DNA of 64,000 nt from Verrucomicrobiia bacterium (GCA_963664225.1 OY760937.1:3712001-3776000), one strand, 5' to 3'; positions 1-11,308 are shown, numbered from the stretch's first letter. The notes: a model not told the origin generated them from the letters alone. Translations and numbers: made by a program.

Positions 1-339
1 ATCGATTCCAGGAAGAAGCCGGAGTCCTACGTGGATAATCTCAACAACGGCGGCAGTGTCCTTATTGACGGCTATCTCATCACCAGCAAATTATGGGTCG
101 ATTCCGCCGGTTACACCTCGGCATTGCCAGTGTTGGAGGCCAAAGCTGCCGAAAGACCGTATAAAGTTGTGCGGTTGGGGAAGAAACACAGTCCTTTGAT
201 CTCGGGCATTGGACAATGGCAGGCGTTAAATCCCCGCGCTCGCATGGGCCACGTGCCCCTTAATCCTGATTTCAGTGAATTTTTCAGGGAAAACCTCTCA
301 TGGATCGAAGCGACTGTTGCGCAATTGAAGAAGGGTTGA
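1..339 (+). CDS. 3' end of an alpha/beta hydrolase-like protein (possibly exosortase-associated hydrolase type); 5'-truncated by window
   Basis: Frame is open from base 1 to TGA at 339 and overlaps the next hydrolase start. Segment 'LNNGGSVLIDGYLIT' and the context resemble the paired hydrolases of exosortase loci. Confidence 0.45.
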   Translation: MDSRKKPESYVDNLNNGGSVLIDGYLITSKLWVDSAGYTSALPVLEAKAAERPYKVVRLGKKHSPLISGIGQWQALNPRARMGHVPLNPDFSEFFRENLSWIEATVAQLKKG

Positions 340-1271
340 CCAGAAAGCTGCTCAGCATCCGAACCGGTGGCGCTCTTTTGCAGGGCACGGTTCACCATGG
401 TCCGGCGTTTACAAATGACCTCAGGGATCGTTGCGGTAATGAGCATCGCGTGGGTGTGCTGTTCCTGAATCCGGGATATCTGCCGCGCTCGGCCCGGGGT
501 GATTTGTATGTGCGGATGGCGGACCAATTGGCGCGCAATGGACACCTGGTCTTTCGATTCGATCTGCCGGGGTTGGGGGACTCTTCTGGAGAACTTCCAG
601 AAAACGTGTTGACATTTTTTGTAAAGGTGCAGACAGGACAATATGCCTCGGAGACAAGTTTGCTGGTTCAGGAAATCGTCCGGCAGTTTGGCCTGCAAAG
701 TCTTGTTTTGGTCGGCATATGCGGCGGGGCTGTGACCGCGTTGTTTGCCGCGCAAAAATGCAGTCCAGGCACGGTGACCGGGCTGGTTTTGCTGGATCCC
801 ACGTTCAAGACCTTTTCCGCTCAATTGCCGCCCAAGGCCCCGAAAACCGGATTCGCGAGGTTCTGGTCCGATACATGGGGCAAGTTCCTGGCGATGAATG
901 CAAGAATTCGGGCGAAAATAGTGCGCACAGAATTTGGTGAGCGCCTGAGTGTGGCATATGCGCTGATTAAGAAAGCCGCGCGCATCCTTCTGCTCAATAA
1001 GTTGCCGGCCAACTCGAACATGGCTTTGATTCGATGCTGGCGCGATCAGGCAACCGGCGGACTGCCCATTCTGGTGTTCAACGCGGACAGCGAGGCGCGG
1101 CGGCTCGACGAATACGATTATAGCGGTTATCTGCTCAAGGGCGCCAGCCGCAACACCACCTGGGTTACCATCGAGGAAACCAATCATTCCTTTCTGGAGG
1201 GCAAAGCGCCCGAAATTCTTCAGGAGAACATCAACAAATGGTTGTCCACGCACTTCATCAATAAGGCCTGA
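336..1271 (+). CDS. Alpha/beta fold hydrolase (polysaccharide/exosortase-locus associated)
   Basis: FRFDLPGLGDS, nucleophile elbow GICGG (Cys nucleophile), GLVLLDP and C-terminal NHSF. TTG start overlaps the upstream TGA. Confidence 0.8.
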   Translation: MTRKLLSIRTGGALLQGTVHHGPAFTNDLRDRCGNEHRVGVLFLNPGYLPRSARGDLYVRMADQLARNGHLVFRFDLPGLGDSSGELPENVLTFFVKVQTGQYASETSLLVQEIVRQFGLQSLVLVGICGGAVTALFAAQKCSPGTVTGLVLLDPTFKTFSAQLPPKAPKTGFARFWSDTWGKFLAMNARIRAKIVRTEFGERLSVAYALIKKAARILLLNKLPANSNMALIRCWRDQATGGLPILVFNADSEARRLDEYDYSGYLLKGASRNTTWVTIEETNHSFLEGKAPEILQENINKWLSTHFINKA

Positions 1272-1639
1272 GCGCGTGAATTCGGACTGCGACCGCTCGG
1301 CTGCGGCTGGTTTTCCACGCGGTCGGGCAACAGGCCAGCCTCTTCTCATTGGGTCGGCTGCCGAATGCGGCCTATCCAATTCGTCTTTCTTCACTTTTGC
1401 CAATCTCCCACGCAGGGAGCTATTGACAACCCCATCGTTCAGATTGCAGGATTTGCTCTAAGAAACCGGGTTGGTTTTGGAGCGGTTTTGCGCGCATACG
1501 TCCCGGGACGGCAGGGATTTGCGTCTGGCGTCCCGTTATTTCGAATATAACGGCACTTGCGCGGACTGCAGGTGTTTTGAGCTTTGATTTTCAAGTGGAA
1601 GAGCTTAAGCCATCTGCGGTCCTTGGTTTCATTGCGGCT

Positions 1640-2224
1640 ATGAGTTCAAACAGTTTAGGTCGGATTCACGACAAGGCTTTGGTCGAGCCGGGCGCCGTCA
1701 TTGGAGCCGGCACTCGTGTCTGGGCGTTTGTTCACATCCTGCCAGGCGCTCGCATCGGGGCGGACTGCAATATTTGCGATCAGGTGTTCATTGAGAACGA
1801 TGTGGTGATCGGGGACCGGGTGACGATCAAATGCGGAGTGCAGGTGTGGGACGGGGTGACCATTGAGAACGATTGTTTTCTGGGTCCCAACGCGACGCTG
1901 ACGAACGACAAGGCGCCGCGGAGCAAGGTGTATCCGGAGGAATTTCGCCGGACGCTCCTGAAGCTCGGAGCGAGTGTTGGAGCCAATGCGACATTGCTAT
2001 CGGGGATTACAATTGGCCGTTGGGCGATGATCGGAGCCGGGGCGGTGGTCACGCGCGATGTGCCGGATTTTGCCTTGATTATGGGAAACCCGGGCCGGGT
2101 GCGCGGGTTTGTGTGCCGATGCTCAAGGAAGCTTGATTTCCACAATGGCGCCACGGCGCGATGCGTCTGCGGGGCCGAGTATAATCTGACGGGTTCCGAC
2201 AGGGTTGAAGAGGTGAGCCGATGA
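1640..2224 (+). CDS. Left-handed beta-helix sugar N-acyltransferase (FdtC/WxcM-like)
   Basis: Hexapeptide repeats (IGAGTRV, IGADCNI, IGDRVTI), [23 protein letters not shown]. Adjacent to a cupin isomerase and an aminotransferase. Confidence 0.85.
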   Translation: MSSNSLGRIHDKALVEPGAVIGAGTRVWAFVHILPGARIGADCNICDQVFIENDVVIGDRVTIKCGVQVWDGVTIENDCFLGPNATLTNDKAPRSKVYPEEFRRTLLKLGASVGANATLLSGITIGRWAMIGAGAVVTRDVPDFALIMGNPGRVRGFVCRCSRKLDFHNGATARCVCGAEYNLTGSDRVEEVSR

Positions 2225-2637
2225 AATTAAATGATTGCACATTAATAAACCTGCCCAAGATTGCCGATCCGCGCGGCAATCTGACATTTATCGAGGGAAT
2301 GCGGCATATCCCATTCGATGTGAAGCGCGTGTTTTATTTGTATGATGTGCCGGGTGGCGCGGATCGCGGCGGACATGCGCTCAAATCGTGCCATCAATTT
2401 TTGATCGCGATATCCGGCAGCTTCGATGTGATTTTGCGTGACGGCAGGGAGGAGAGGCGGATTCATTTGAACCGGTCGTATTATGGATTGATCATTCCAC
2501 ACATGATCTGGCGTGAGATGGATAATTTTTCATCTGGTTCGGTCTGCCTTGTGCTGGCTTCGCATGGCTACGACGAGGCGGATTATTACAGGGATTACGA
2601 CCAGTATTTAAAAGCCATGGGTGGCAACAATAAATGA
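2221..2637 (+). CDS. dTDP-4-keto-6-deoxyglucose 3,4-ketoisomerase (FdtA/QdtA cupin)
   Basis: [31 protein letters not shown] motifs. Confidence 0.9.
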   Translation: MKLNDCTLINLPKIADPRGNLTFIEGMRHIPFDVKRVFYLYDVPGGADRGGHALKSCHQFLIAISGSFDVILRDGREERRIHLNRSYYGLIIPHMIWREMDNFSSGSVCLVLASHGYDEADYYRDYDQYLKAMGGNNK

Positions 2638-3734
2638 AGATACCGTTTCTGGATTTTTGCGGTCCCTATGAAGAATTGAAGGGAGAATTGGACGCGGCCT
2701 ACGAGCGGTTCATGCGCTCGGCCTGGTACATTCTGGGCAGGGAGGTGGAGGCTTTCGAGGAAGAATACGCGGCCTATTGCGGGGCGCGTTATTGCATCGG
2801 GGTGGGGAATGGCCTTGAGGCGTTGCACCTGATACTGCGCGCATGTGACATTGGTCCCGGGGATGAGGTCATTGTGCCTTCGAACACTTATATAGCGACA
2901 TGGCTTGCGGTGTCGTATTGCGGCGCTGTGCCTGTGCCGGTGGAGCCGGATCCGGTCACGCTGAATATCGATCCCGCGCGCATCGAGGCGGCGATCACTC
3001 CTCGCACCAAGGCCATCATGCCCGTCCATTTGTATGGTCAGGCGGCAGACATGGATCCGATCATGGAATTGGCCCGGAAACATCATTTAAAGGTGGTGGA
3101 GGATAATGCCCAGGCGCAGGGGGCTTTGTATAAAGGACGCAGAACGGGCGCGCTGGGCGATGCGGCGGGGAATAGTTTTTATCCCGGGAAGAACCTGGGG
3201 GCCTATGGTGATGCGGGTGCGGTGACGACGAACGACCCGCATATTGCGGATCGGGTGCGGGTTCTTCGCAATTACGGTTCGAGAGTGAAGTATCACAACG
3301 AAGTCAAAGGCTACAATTCGCGTCTGGATGAGATGCAGGCGGCGATGTTGCGGGTCAAACTCAGGCATCTGGACGCCTGGAATGCGCGGCGTCAGACGAT
3401 TGCGAAATGTTATTTCCAGGCTTTGGAGACTCGTTCAGGTATGCAATTGCCCGGGATCATGCCGGGTGCGGAATCGGTCTGGCATTTGTTTGTGGTGCGC
3501 CATTCCCGCCGCGCCGCCTTGCAGCAGTATTTGTCGTCTAAGGAAATTGGCACGATGATTCACTATCCGGTTCCTCCTCATCTTTCTGAGGCCTACAAGG
3601 AGCTGGGCTTTGCCAGGGGAAGTTTTCCGATTGCGGAAGCGTTGGCAGACACCGTATTAAGTCTGCCGATGGGACCCCATCTGAGCCAGGCCAGCGCTCT
3701 TGAGGTTGCCGCATGCGTCAATGGCGAATGGTGA
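2634..3734 (+). CDS. DegT/DnrJ/EryC1/StrS PLP aminotransferase (FdtB/QdtB-like)
   Basis: [29 protein letters not shown] (PLP lysine), [12 protein letters not shown]. Confidence 0.92.
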   Translation: MKIPFLDFCGPYEELKGELDAAYERFMRSAWYILGREVEAFEEEYAAYCGARYCIGVGNGLEALHLILRACDIGPGDEVIVPSNTYIATWLAVSYCGAVPVPVEPDPVTLNIDPARIEAAITPRTKAIMPVHLYGQAADMDPIMELARKHHLKVVEDNAQAQGALYKGRRTGALGDAAGNSFYPGKNLGAYGDAGAVTTNDPHIADRVRVLRNYGSRVKYHNEVKGYNSRLDEMQAAMLRVKLRHLDAWNARRQTIAKCYFQALETRSGMQLPGIMPGAESVWHLFVVRHSRRAALQQYLSSKEIGTMIHYPVPPHLSEAYKELGFARGSFPIAEALADTVLSLPMGPHLSQASALEVAACVNGEW

Positions 3735-3743
3735 CCGCATATT

Positions 3744-5255
3744 TTGAATAAAAGCGGTTCCAGTTCATATCACAGCATCCTGAGGTCGTCGGCGATTGTC
3801 GGCGCTTCGTCGGTCATTGAAATATTCTTTCGAATATTCCGGACCAAATGCATGGCGTTGCTCCTCGGCCCCGCAGGGGTTGGTCTTTTTGGGATGTTCG
3901 ATGCGTTGGCGGTGCTTGCCTCGACCATCGGCAGCGGGGGCATTGGATTCAGCGGAGTCCGGCAAATCGCTGAGTCGGCTCACGGAGCGGATGCCGGACG
4001 GACCGCCCGAATCGTGGTCGTTTTGCGCCGGCTGATTCTTATACTGGGGCTGGTTGGTGCGGTTGGGGTTCTGGTCTTCAGACGGATTCTTTGCCAGACG
4101 ACTTTTGGCAATCTCGATCATCTGGAGGCGTTCACGCTTCTGGCGGTGGCTGTGTTATTTGGCACGATCAACATCGGCCAGCGCGCAGTGGTCCAGGGCT
4201 TGCGGCGCATCAAGGAATTGGCGGTGCTGAGCATCGTGGGAGCCTTTGCCGGGAGTGTCATTGGGGTGCCCCTCGTTTATTTCATGGGGGAGAAGGGCAT
4301 TGTGCCCTGCATCCTGGCGGTCAATCTGGCAGCGGTCTTATCGGCCTGGCTCATCATTCGGCGGTTGGACCTCGGAAGCCCGCAAATATCGTTTTCGGAA
4401 GCCAGGGAACAAAGCGGCAGGATGGTTCGGCTTGGAATGGCGCTTCTGGGGGCCAGCGTCCTGACTCTGGCGGTCAATTACCTTGTTCGACTGATTGTGC
4501 TCAAAGGTCTTGGCCTGGCTGAACTGGGCTATTATCAGGCGGCATCCAATCTTTCCCTGCTCTATATTTCCTACATCTTGCAGGTCATGGGGACTGATTT
4601 TTACCCCCGGTTGACCGCCGAGGCCAGGGATCATGAAAAGTGCGTCCGCCTGGTCAACGAACAAACTGAGATCAGTATTTTGCTGGCGGTGCCGGGCCTG
4701 CTGGCGACGATGGCGTGCGCCTCGCTCATCATCAAATTGTTTTATTCGGGGAAATTCGATCTCGCCACCGGGGTGTTAAACTGGCAGGTGATGGGTTGCG
4801 TGTTGCGGGTGGCGGCATGGCCGATGGGATTTGCGTTGCTCGCGCAAGGGCGGGGCAAATTGTATTTCATAACGGAATTGGCGGCCAATTCGATGCATTT
4901 ATTTCTGGCGTGGTTGCTGATCAAATTTGTCGGATTGCCTGGTGCGGGCATGGCCTTTCTGGGGCTTTACGTTTTTTATCTGGCATTGATTTACTGGATT
5001 CTAAAGTTCACCATCGGATTCCAATGGTCCGGTCAGAACATACGCCACATGACGGCCTCGATATTCATGACAGCGGTCACATTTCTGCTGGTTACGTTGT
5101 TCAAAGACCCCATTGGGGTTGTGTTGGGCCTGGCCGCCGCTGGGGCGGCATGCGCCTATACCGTGATTCATCTGAACCGCCTTCTTCAAAAAAATGTGAT
5201 TATGATGGTGGTCAACCGGATCCGGGGCTTCATTCCAAAGATGTCAACGCAATGA
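3744..5255 (+). CDS. wzx: O-antigen/polysaccharide flippase (Wzx family)
   Basis: About 12-14 hydrophobic helices. LLGPAGVG, GYYQAA and DFYPRL motifs. Lies in a sugar biosynthesis cluster. Confidence 0.85.
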   Translation: MNKSGSSSYHSILRSSAIVGASSVIEIFFRIFRTKCMALLLGPAGVGLFGMFDALAVLASTIGSGGIGFSGVRQIAESAHGADAGRTARIVVVLRRLILILGLVGAVGVLVFRRILCQTTFGNLDHLEAFTLLAVAVLFGTINIGQRAVVQGLRRIKELAVLSIVGAFAGSVIGVPLVYFMGEKGIVPCILAVNLAAVLSAWLIIRRLDLGSPQISFSEAREQSGRMVRLGMALLGASVLTLAVNYLVRLIVLKGLGLAELGYYQAASNLSLLYISYILQVMGTDFYPRLTAEARDHEKCVRLVNEQTEISILLAVPGLLATMACASLIIKLFYSGKFDLATGVLNWQVMGCVLRVAAWPMGFALLAQGRGKLYFITELAANSMHLFLAWLLIKFVGLPGAGMAFLGLYVFYLALIYWILKFTIGFQWSGQNIRHMTASIFMTAVTFLLVTLFKDPIGVVLGLAAAGAACAYTVIHLNRLLQKNVIMMVVNRIRGFIPKMSTQ

Positions 5256-5316
5256 AGTCTGTATTTCCAGCGTTCCATGGAATTCGCACCATCAGTGGCA
5301 TTGACCAATTCTTCAA

Positions 5317-6378
5317 ATGAGCGACTCTTCAAAACCGTTGGTGACTGTATTATTGCTGGGTTATAACCACGAACAGTATGTTGACGCGGCGATGAAGGCC
5401 ATTCTGGCGCAAACATACTCCCCGCTTGAAGTCATCGCCTCCGACGATGGTTCCAGAGATCGCACCGCTGACATCATGGCGTCCATCGCCAGCGGTTACC
5501 ACGGGGATAAGAAGATCATTCTCAACCGGAATCCAAAGCCCAATGGCATTGGCGGTCACATCGATATCCTCATGAAAATGGCCTCCGGTGAGTTTATCGT
5601 GGTTGCCGCCGCCGACGATATTTCGATGCCGGAGCGCGTTGCAGAGTTGCTTGCCGCATGGGAAGCCTCGGATCGAAAAGCCACCTCGATCTATTCTGAG
5701 TTCACCACCATCAACGCGGAAGGGACAATCACGCCTCCCACTGGGGAAGCTCCCCAGTACACGGGGGCCGTGGTTGAGCGGCCTGGAACGCTGGCCGGAT
5801 ATTTGAAAACGATTCAACCCATGGTGTGGGGCTGCACCCATGCCTGGTCTCCGAAGCTGTTTTCATTTTTTGGACCATTGACCCGGGACACGAATTATGA
5901 GGATGTCGCACTGAGCTTCCGATCTTTGGCAATCGGGAAAATACTGCGCATCGACAAGCCGTTGGTTTATTACCGCCGTCACGATGCGAACATGAGCACT
6001 ACCGGGAACAATCCCCCCGTGAGTGACCCCAGGCAAATCGATGTTTATGATCGATTGGAGGAGACGCATATCAAGCGCAGCATCGGAGTGTACCAGGGCT
6101 TCAGGCGCGACTTGGAAGTATTGTTTGCGAAACAAGGCGTAAACGAAACGGAATACGCTGAGCTTTCCCGGCTGGCGGATGGAAAACAGGCCTTTTTCGA
6201 GGCTCGATTGAAGATGATGACCGGCGGATTGAGAGAGCGCATCGCGGCCTGTCCCACCGTCATCGCGGCTGATGAACCCCTCCAACTCAAACTCAAAGAT
6301 GCCATGCGAGTTTTGCCAAGACCCCTGTACAAGCAAGTCTGGTTAATGAAGAATCGAATCAAAAGCGTGTTCGATTGA
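5317..6378 (+). CDS. Glycosyltransferase family 2
   Basis: LLGYNHEQY, DDGSRD, AADD, YED, YYRRH motifs. Confidence 0.9.
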   Translation: MSDSSKPLVTVLLLGYNHEQYVDAAMKAILAQTYSPLEVIASDDGSRDRTADIMASIASGYHGDKKIILNRNPKPNGIGGHIDILMKMASGEFIVVAAADDISMPERVAELLAAWEASDRKATSIYSEFTTINAEGTITPPTGEAPQYTGAVVERPGTLAGYLKTIQPMVWGCTHAWSPKLFSFFGPLTRDTNYEDVALSFRSLAIGKILRIDKPLVYYRRHDANMSTTGNNPPVSDPRQIDVYDRLEETHIKRSIGVYQGFRRDLEVLFAKQGVNETEYAELSRLADGKQAFFEARLKMMTGGLRERIAACPTVIAADEPLQLKLKDAMRVLPRPLYKQVWLMKNRIKSVFD

Positions 6379-6396
6379 TTGCGCTCTGGCGACGCC

Positions 6397-7326
6397 ATGT
6401 TCTCCTATAAAAACGGCAACCGCGTTCCATTGCTCGTGCTGGCGGGGATTGTCCTGATTTTCTTGAACCCCCTCAGCGCGCTGGTCCGACTCGCGTGGGC
6501 GGATGACATGGTGTCACACGCCCTGCTGGTTCCCGCCATATCCTATTACCTGCTTTCTGTTGGAGCCCGGAAGAAGGGGGGGGGTGAAACAAGCTCTCGA
6601 GGGGCGGGCAAATCCGGGGGCGAAACGGGGCTCACGGGACGGAGAATTGGTCTGCCGCTTCTGGCCATCGGCCTCGTGCTTTACGGGGTGATCGTCTTCG
6701 TGCCTATTGGTTCTGCGACGGACCGCTTGTCCGGGGCCATTCTGGCTTTTGTAATGTGTGTAGCGGGAGCGCATTTTTCTTTTCTCGACCGGCCTGAAGT
6801 CGCGCGCAGCCTCTTTCCCTGCGCCTTCCTGATTTTCATGGTTCCCATGCCTGCCTTCATGTTGCATGGGCTGGAGGTCTTCTTTCAACATGCCTCGGCT
6901 GAGGCTGCCAATATATTTCTGGCTGTGACGGGAACCCCTGTTCTGCGGGATGGTTTGGTGTTTCAAATACCGGGGATCACCATCCGGGTGGCGGAGGAAT
7001 GCAGCGGCATTCGTTCCAGCTATGTTCTGTTCATGACGAGTCTTCTGGCGGGTTATCTTTTTTTGCGAAGTCCGTGGAAGCGTTCTTTCCTGGCTGCGTT
7101 TGTGATTCCGCTGGGGATATTGCGCAACGGCTTCCGCATTTGCACGCTCGCCCTGTTATGCGTGCATGTGGGACCGGAAATGATCGATTCCCCCATCCAT
7201 CATCGCGGTGGACCCATTTTCTTCGTGTTATCATTAATCCCATTTTTTGGGGTTCTCCTCTGGCTCTGCCGCATGGAGCGAAAGCAGCAGGAGAAACAGA
7301 CGGTCGCGGTTCCTCCGGAACATTGA
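6397..7326 (+). CDS. Exosortase (EpsH/Xrt family transpeptidase)
   Basis: Multi-pass membrane protein with catalytic triad motifs VAEECSG (Cys), NGFRI (Arg) and IHHRGG (His). Confidence 0.9.
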   Translation: MFSYKNGNRVPLLVLAGIVLIFLNPLSALVRLAWADDMVSHALLVPAISYYLLSVGARKKGGGETSSRGAGKSGGETGLTGRRIGLPLLAIGLVLYGVIVFVPIGSATDRLSGAILAFVMCVAGAHFSFLDRPEVARSLFPCAFLIFMVPMPAFMLHGLEVFFQHASAEAANIFLAVTGTPVLRDGLVFQIPGITIRVAEECSGIRSSYVLFMTSLLAGYLFLRSPWKRSFLAAFVIPLGILRNGFRICTLALLCVHVGPEMIDSPIHHRGGPIFFVLSLIPFFGVLLWLCRMERKQQEKQTVAVPPEH

Positions 7327-7395
7327 CCGGATCATTACAAAAACAGACCTGTTTTCTCATTGTCAGTCTGATTTCTTGCGGCACACTTTCAACCC

Positions 7396-9696
7396 ATGGA
7401 TTTGCATTTTAGATATCGGGGTTTTAACCCCTGGCGGGGACTGGCATGTCTCGCCGCCATTGTTTGTCTGGCTTCCGCCACCCTTAAAGCTGAAGTGCCC
7501 CGGCCGGAGCATCCAAGACCGGATGCCTTTCGCGCGAATTGGGCGACACTGAATGGCGAGTGGCAGTTTGAGATCGATTCCAAGGCCGACGGGGAAGCCC
7601 GTGGTTTGATCACCGGCAAGGACCTTTCCGCCAGGATCATCGTGCCGTTCAGCCCGGAGAGCAAACTTTCGGGAATTGGAAACACCGCGCTGATGACGAA
7701 CGTCTGGTATCGCCGGACCTTTGAAGTGCCTGCGGCAATGAAGGGCCAGCGCGTGCGACTGCATTTTGGCGGCGTCGATTACAAGACGTGGGTCTGGGTC
7801 AACGGCCAGCCTGTGGGCAGCCATGTCGGCGGCAGTGCGGCCTTTAATTTCGAGATCACAAAAGCCCTGCGTACGGGCGCCAACGAATTGGTCGTCAAAG
7901 TCTTCGATGACACGGCCAGTGCAAAACAACCCGCCGGCAAACAATCCTTCGGCATCAGCGAAGGGTGTGTCTATACGCGCACCACGGGCATCTGGCAGTC
8001 GGTCTGGCTTGAGGCGGTGGGCAGTTCCTTTGTGGAGAGTTTCTCCGTTACGCCTGATCCCGATCATTCCCGCGTCCTGGTTGAAGTTGGCGTCAACGGC
8101 GCGGAGCCCGATCTGACACTGACCGCCGAGGCCTTTGCGGACGGCAAGCGCGTGGGATATGAATCCAGCCCCGCACAGTGGCGCAACCATCGGCTGGTGG
8201 TTAACTTGAGCCGCAAGACGCTTTGGGAACCCGGCGCACCGTTCCTCTACGACCTCAAGTTTACACTTCGCAACGGAGTGCGGAAGGTGGACGAGGTGAC
8301 CAGCTATTTCGGTTTGCGCAAGGTGGCCATCGATGGCCGTTCGATTCTCATCAACGGCAAACGCGTTTTCCAGAGACTCATTCTCGATCAGGGCTTCTAT
8401 CCGGATGGCATCTGGACCGCGCCCTCGGACGCCGCGTTAAAGCACGACATCCAGATGAGCTTGGACATGGGTTACAACGGGGCGCGGCTGCATCAAAAGG
8501 TTTTTGAGCCCCGCTTCCTCTATTGGGCGGACAAGATGGGCTACCTCGTCTGGGGCGAATTTCCCAACTGGGGCTATAACTATCAGCCTGAGAATTACGC
8601 CAATTACATCAACGAATGGACCGAGGTGTTGCTGCGCGACCGCAACCATCCCTCCATCATCGGCTGGTGTCCGTTCAATGAAACTCCCGGACAGGCTGGC
8701 GAAATCCAGCAAATCGTCTGGCATGAAACCAAGGCCATCGATCCCACCCGGCCCGTTCTTGAAACCAGCGGCTGGTCGCATTCGATGCAGAACGTCGAAG
8801 TGCGCGATGATCATGATTACAACCAGAATCCCGCCGCCTTCAAACAGCGCTGGATGGAATTTTTCACCGATTCCGGTTCTCTGCCCGCGCCTGCGCGGTA
8901 TTCGACCGGGGCCGGTCGACGGGAGATTGGGGTGCCTTTCATGGTCAGCGAATTTGGCGGCACGGTCTGGGGTGACCGGGTCGGCGGCTGGGGTTACGGA
9001 GAGGGCCCCAAGGATTTGGAAGGCTTTTATACCCGCTATGAGGGCTTGGTAGGCGCGTTGCTCGATAATCCAAACATGTTCGGCTTCTGCTACACGCAGC
9101 TAACGGACGTCGAACAGGAACACAACGGCCTCTATTTCTACGACCGGAAGCCCAAGTTCGACGCCCAGCGCATGCATGCGATCACGTCGCGCAAGGCCGC
9201 CTACGAAATTACGGGTCCCACGGCCCGGATACCCGCGGACGTGCGCCAGAGTGAATGGCGCGTGGTGGTCGGTTCCGCCGTCGATGGCGCCCTGTCCAAG
9301 CCCTACCGCAACACCACGCAGGCACCTGCGGCAAACTGGACCGAGGTGGGCTTCGATGATGCCGCCTGGCAGACCGCTCCGGCGCCCTTCGGCACCGTTG
9401 GCAAATTCCGCACTCCGTGGAAAACCAGCGACCTCTGGCTGCGGCAGACCTTCCAGTGGGATGGAGTGGATTTCAAAGAGGCCGCCCTCGCGATCTTCCA
9501 CGACGAAGACACGGAAGTGTATGTCAACGGCAGGAAGATCTGGAATCGCGCCGGGTTCAACAATAGCTACGAATTCTTCCGTCTGGGCGACGCGTTGAAG
9601 ACGGCGATCAAGAAGGGGGACAACACCCTGGCCGTGCACACGCACCAGACCGAGGGCGGTCAATTCATCGACCTCGCTCTGTTGGTTGCGAAATAA
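7396..9696 (+). CDS. Secreted glycoside hydrolase family 2 with C-terminal carbohydrate-binding-like domain
   Basis: Signal peptide, LNGEWQF, LHFGGVD, RDRNHPSIIGW..FNE (acid/base Glu), SEFGG (nucleophile), CYTQLTDVEQE. Confidence 0.9.
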   Translation: MDLHFRYRGFNPWRGLACLAAIVCLASATLKAEVPRPEHPRPDAFRANWATLNGEWQFEIDSKADGEARGLITGKDLSARIIVPFSPESKLSGIGNTALMTNVWYRRTFEVPAAMKGQRVRLHFGGVDYKTWVWVNGQPVGSHVGGSAAFNFEITKALRTGANELVVKVFDDTASAKQPAGKQSFGISEGCVYTRTTGIWQSVWLEAVGSSFVESFSVTPDPDHSRVLVEVGVNGAEPDLTLTAEAFADGKRVGYESSPAQWRNHRLVVNLSRKTLWEPGAPFLYDLKFTLRNGVRKVDEVTSYFGLRKVAIDGRSILINGKRVFQRLILDQGFYPDGIWTAPSDAALKHDIQMSLDMGYNGARLHQKVFEPRFLYWADKMGYLVWGEFPNWGYNYQPENYANYINEWTEVLLRDRNHPSIIGWCPFNETPGQAGEIQQIVWHETKAIDPTRPVLETSGWSHSMQNVEVRDDHDYNQNPAAFKQRWMEFFTDSGSLPAPARYSTGAGRREIGVPFMVSEFGGTVWGDRVGGWGYGEGPKDLEGFYTRYEGLVGALLDNPNMFGFCYTQLTDVEQEHNGLYFYDRKPKFDAQRMHAITSRKAAYEITGPTARIPADVRQSEWRVVVGSAVDGALSKPYRNTTQAPAANWTEVGFDDAAWQTAPAPFGTVGKFRTPWKTSDLWLRQTFQWDGVDFKEAALAIFHDEDTEVYVNGRKIWNRAGFNNSYEFFRLGDALKTAIKKGDNTLAVHTHQTEGGQFIDLALLVAK

Positions 9697-9721
9697 GGAA
9701 GCCTTCGCTTTTTGAAACGAC

Positions 9722-9750
9722 AAGCCCGGTCCGCAAGACCGGGCTTTTTC
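9722..9750 (+). terminator. Intrinsic terminator after the GH2 gene
   Basis: AAGCCCGGTC-cgcaa-GACCGGGCTT followed by TTT. Confidence 0.8.
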
Positions 9751-10084
9751 GCTTTCAACAGGAACCATATTTGGGGCAATCAGGACAAAAATTCCGGATA
9801 AGATAACCAGGGCAGTGTCCGACTAAGGTATTTGTAAGAAGAAATAGTCGCAAAAAGGCCGGAGAGTTCAGAGCGCCGGTCTCTGGCCCGCTTGGCGCTT
9901 TGCGGTTTTCCGTACTCCTGAATTTTGACCTGCCTTCACTTACGTTCCTACCCTGCCGGATCGCGGGTTCCATAATCCCGTTGACGAGGCCCGGTTCTTG
10001 CCGGAATATTCGTAGCGGCATTGGCTGGGGAGGAATCGTGGCCCGGGCCGAAGCCCTTTTTATAAAATAAGTTTGCAATCGACT

Positions 10085-11308
10085 ATGAACCTGGACGCCC
10101 TTTATTCGGAATTAATACTCAAGCCGACCGCCAAAATGGCTTTGGTGGTCATGGATGGTGTGGGAGACATTGCCATCAAGAAATATAATTACATGACACC
10201 GCTGGAAGCCGCCCGGACGCCCAACTTGGACGCCCTGTGCAAGGACAGCATTCAGGGCCGTCTGACGCCCGTGGCTCCCGGCGTCACACCGGGCAGCGGT
10301 CCCGGACATCTGGCCTTGTTCGGCTATGACCCCATCGAATTTCAAGTGGGCCGCGGGGTGATCGAAGCCCTGGGCCTGGGATTGGACTTGCAGGCTGGCG
10401 ACGTGGCCGCCCGCGCCAATTTCTGCACGCTTGATGCCAAGGGCATCGTGACCGATCGCCGGGCCGGACGCATTCCCACAAACGTATGCGAGGAGCTTTG
10501 CGCGTTGATGGCGAAGAAAATCAAGAAGATTGGCGATTGCGAAGTCATCATCAAGCCGGGCAAGGAACACCGGTTCGTGGTGGTGTTTCGCGGCAAAGGC
10601 CTCGAAGGCCCCATGACCGATGCCGATCCGCACCGCGAGGGGTTGACCATTCCCAAGAGCATGCCGGTGGATCCCAAGTCTGCGAAGGCCAAGAAAGTGG
10701 CCAAGCTGATCGAGGAGTTTTACAAGCTGGCCCTGCCAGTGCTCGCAGGCAAACAACCGGCGAACGGTTTCCTCATGCGCGGTATTGCGCATCAGCCGGA
10801 GATTCCCATGTTTGAAGATCGTTACAAGATGAAGGCTGCGTGCATCGCCGTGTATCCAATGTATAAGGGCCTGGCGCAATTGGTGGGCATGACCAAGATC
10901 GAAGGCCCGCAAACCATTGCCGAGCAGTTCCAACGCTACAAGGCAGAGTACGATAACTACGACTTCTTCTTCATCCATTTCAAATACACCGATAAATTCG
11001 GCGAAGACGGCAATTACGAGGCCAAGAAGAAGGCCATTGAAGATTTCGACGCGGCGCTGCCCATCCTGCTGGAAAAACGGCCGGATGTCATTGCCATTAC
11101 TGGCGATCATTCGACCCCGGCCCCGATGAAGGGACATTCCTGGCATCCGCAACCGGTGCTGCTCACCTCGGCGATTTCCGGCTCGGACAAGTTGGAGCGT
11201 TTCACGGAAACGGGCGCGAACCAGGGTTCCCTGGGCGTGATGGAAGGGAAATACCTCCTGCGCCACATGCAGGCCAACGCCAAACAGTTCGATAAGTTCG
11301 GCGCTTAA
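10085..11308 (+). CDS. apgM: 2,3-bisphosphoglycerate-independent phosphoglycerate mutase, ApgM type
   Basis: DGVGD, TPLEAARTPNLD, PGSGPGHL, DRRAGRI, TGDHSTP, HSWHPQP. Confidence 0.88.
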   Translation: MNLDALYSELILKPTAKMALVVMDGVGDIAIKKYNYMTPLEAARTPNLDALCKDSIQGRLTPVAPGVTPGSGPGHLALFGYDPIEFQVGRGVIEALGLGLDLQAGDVAARANFCTLDAKGIVTDRRAGRIPTNVCEELCALMAKKIKKIGDCEVIIKPGKEHRFVVVFRGKGLEGPMTDADPHREGLTIPKSMPVDPKSAKAKKVAKLIEEFYKLALPVLAGKQPANGFLMRGIAHQPEIPMFEDRYKMKAACIAVYPMYKGLAQLVGMTKIEGPQTIAEQFQRYKAEYDNYDFFFIHFKYTDKFGEDGNYEAKKKAIEDFDAALPILLEKRPDVIAITGDHSTPAPMKGHSWHPQPVLLTSAISGSDKLERFTETGANQGSLGVMEGKYLLRHMQANAKQFDKFGA

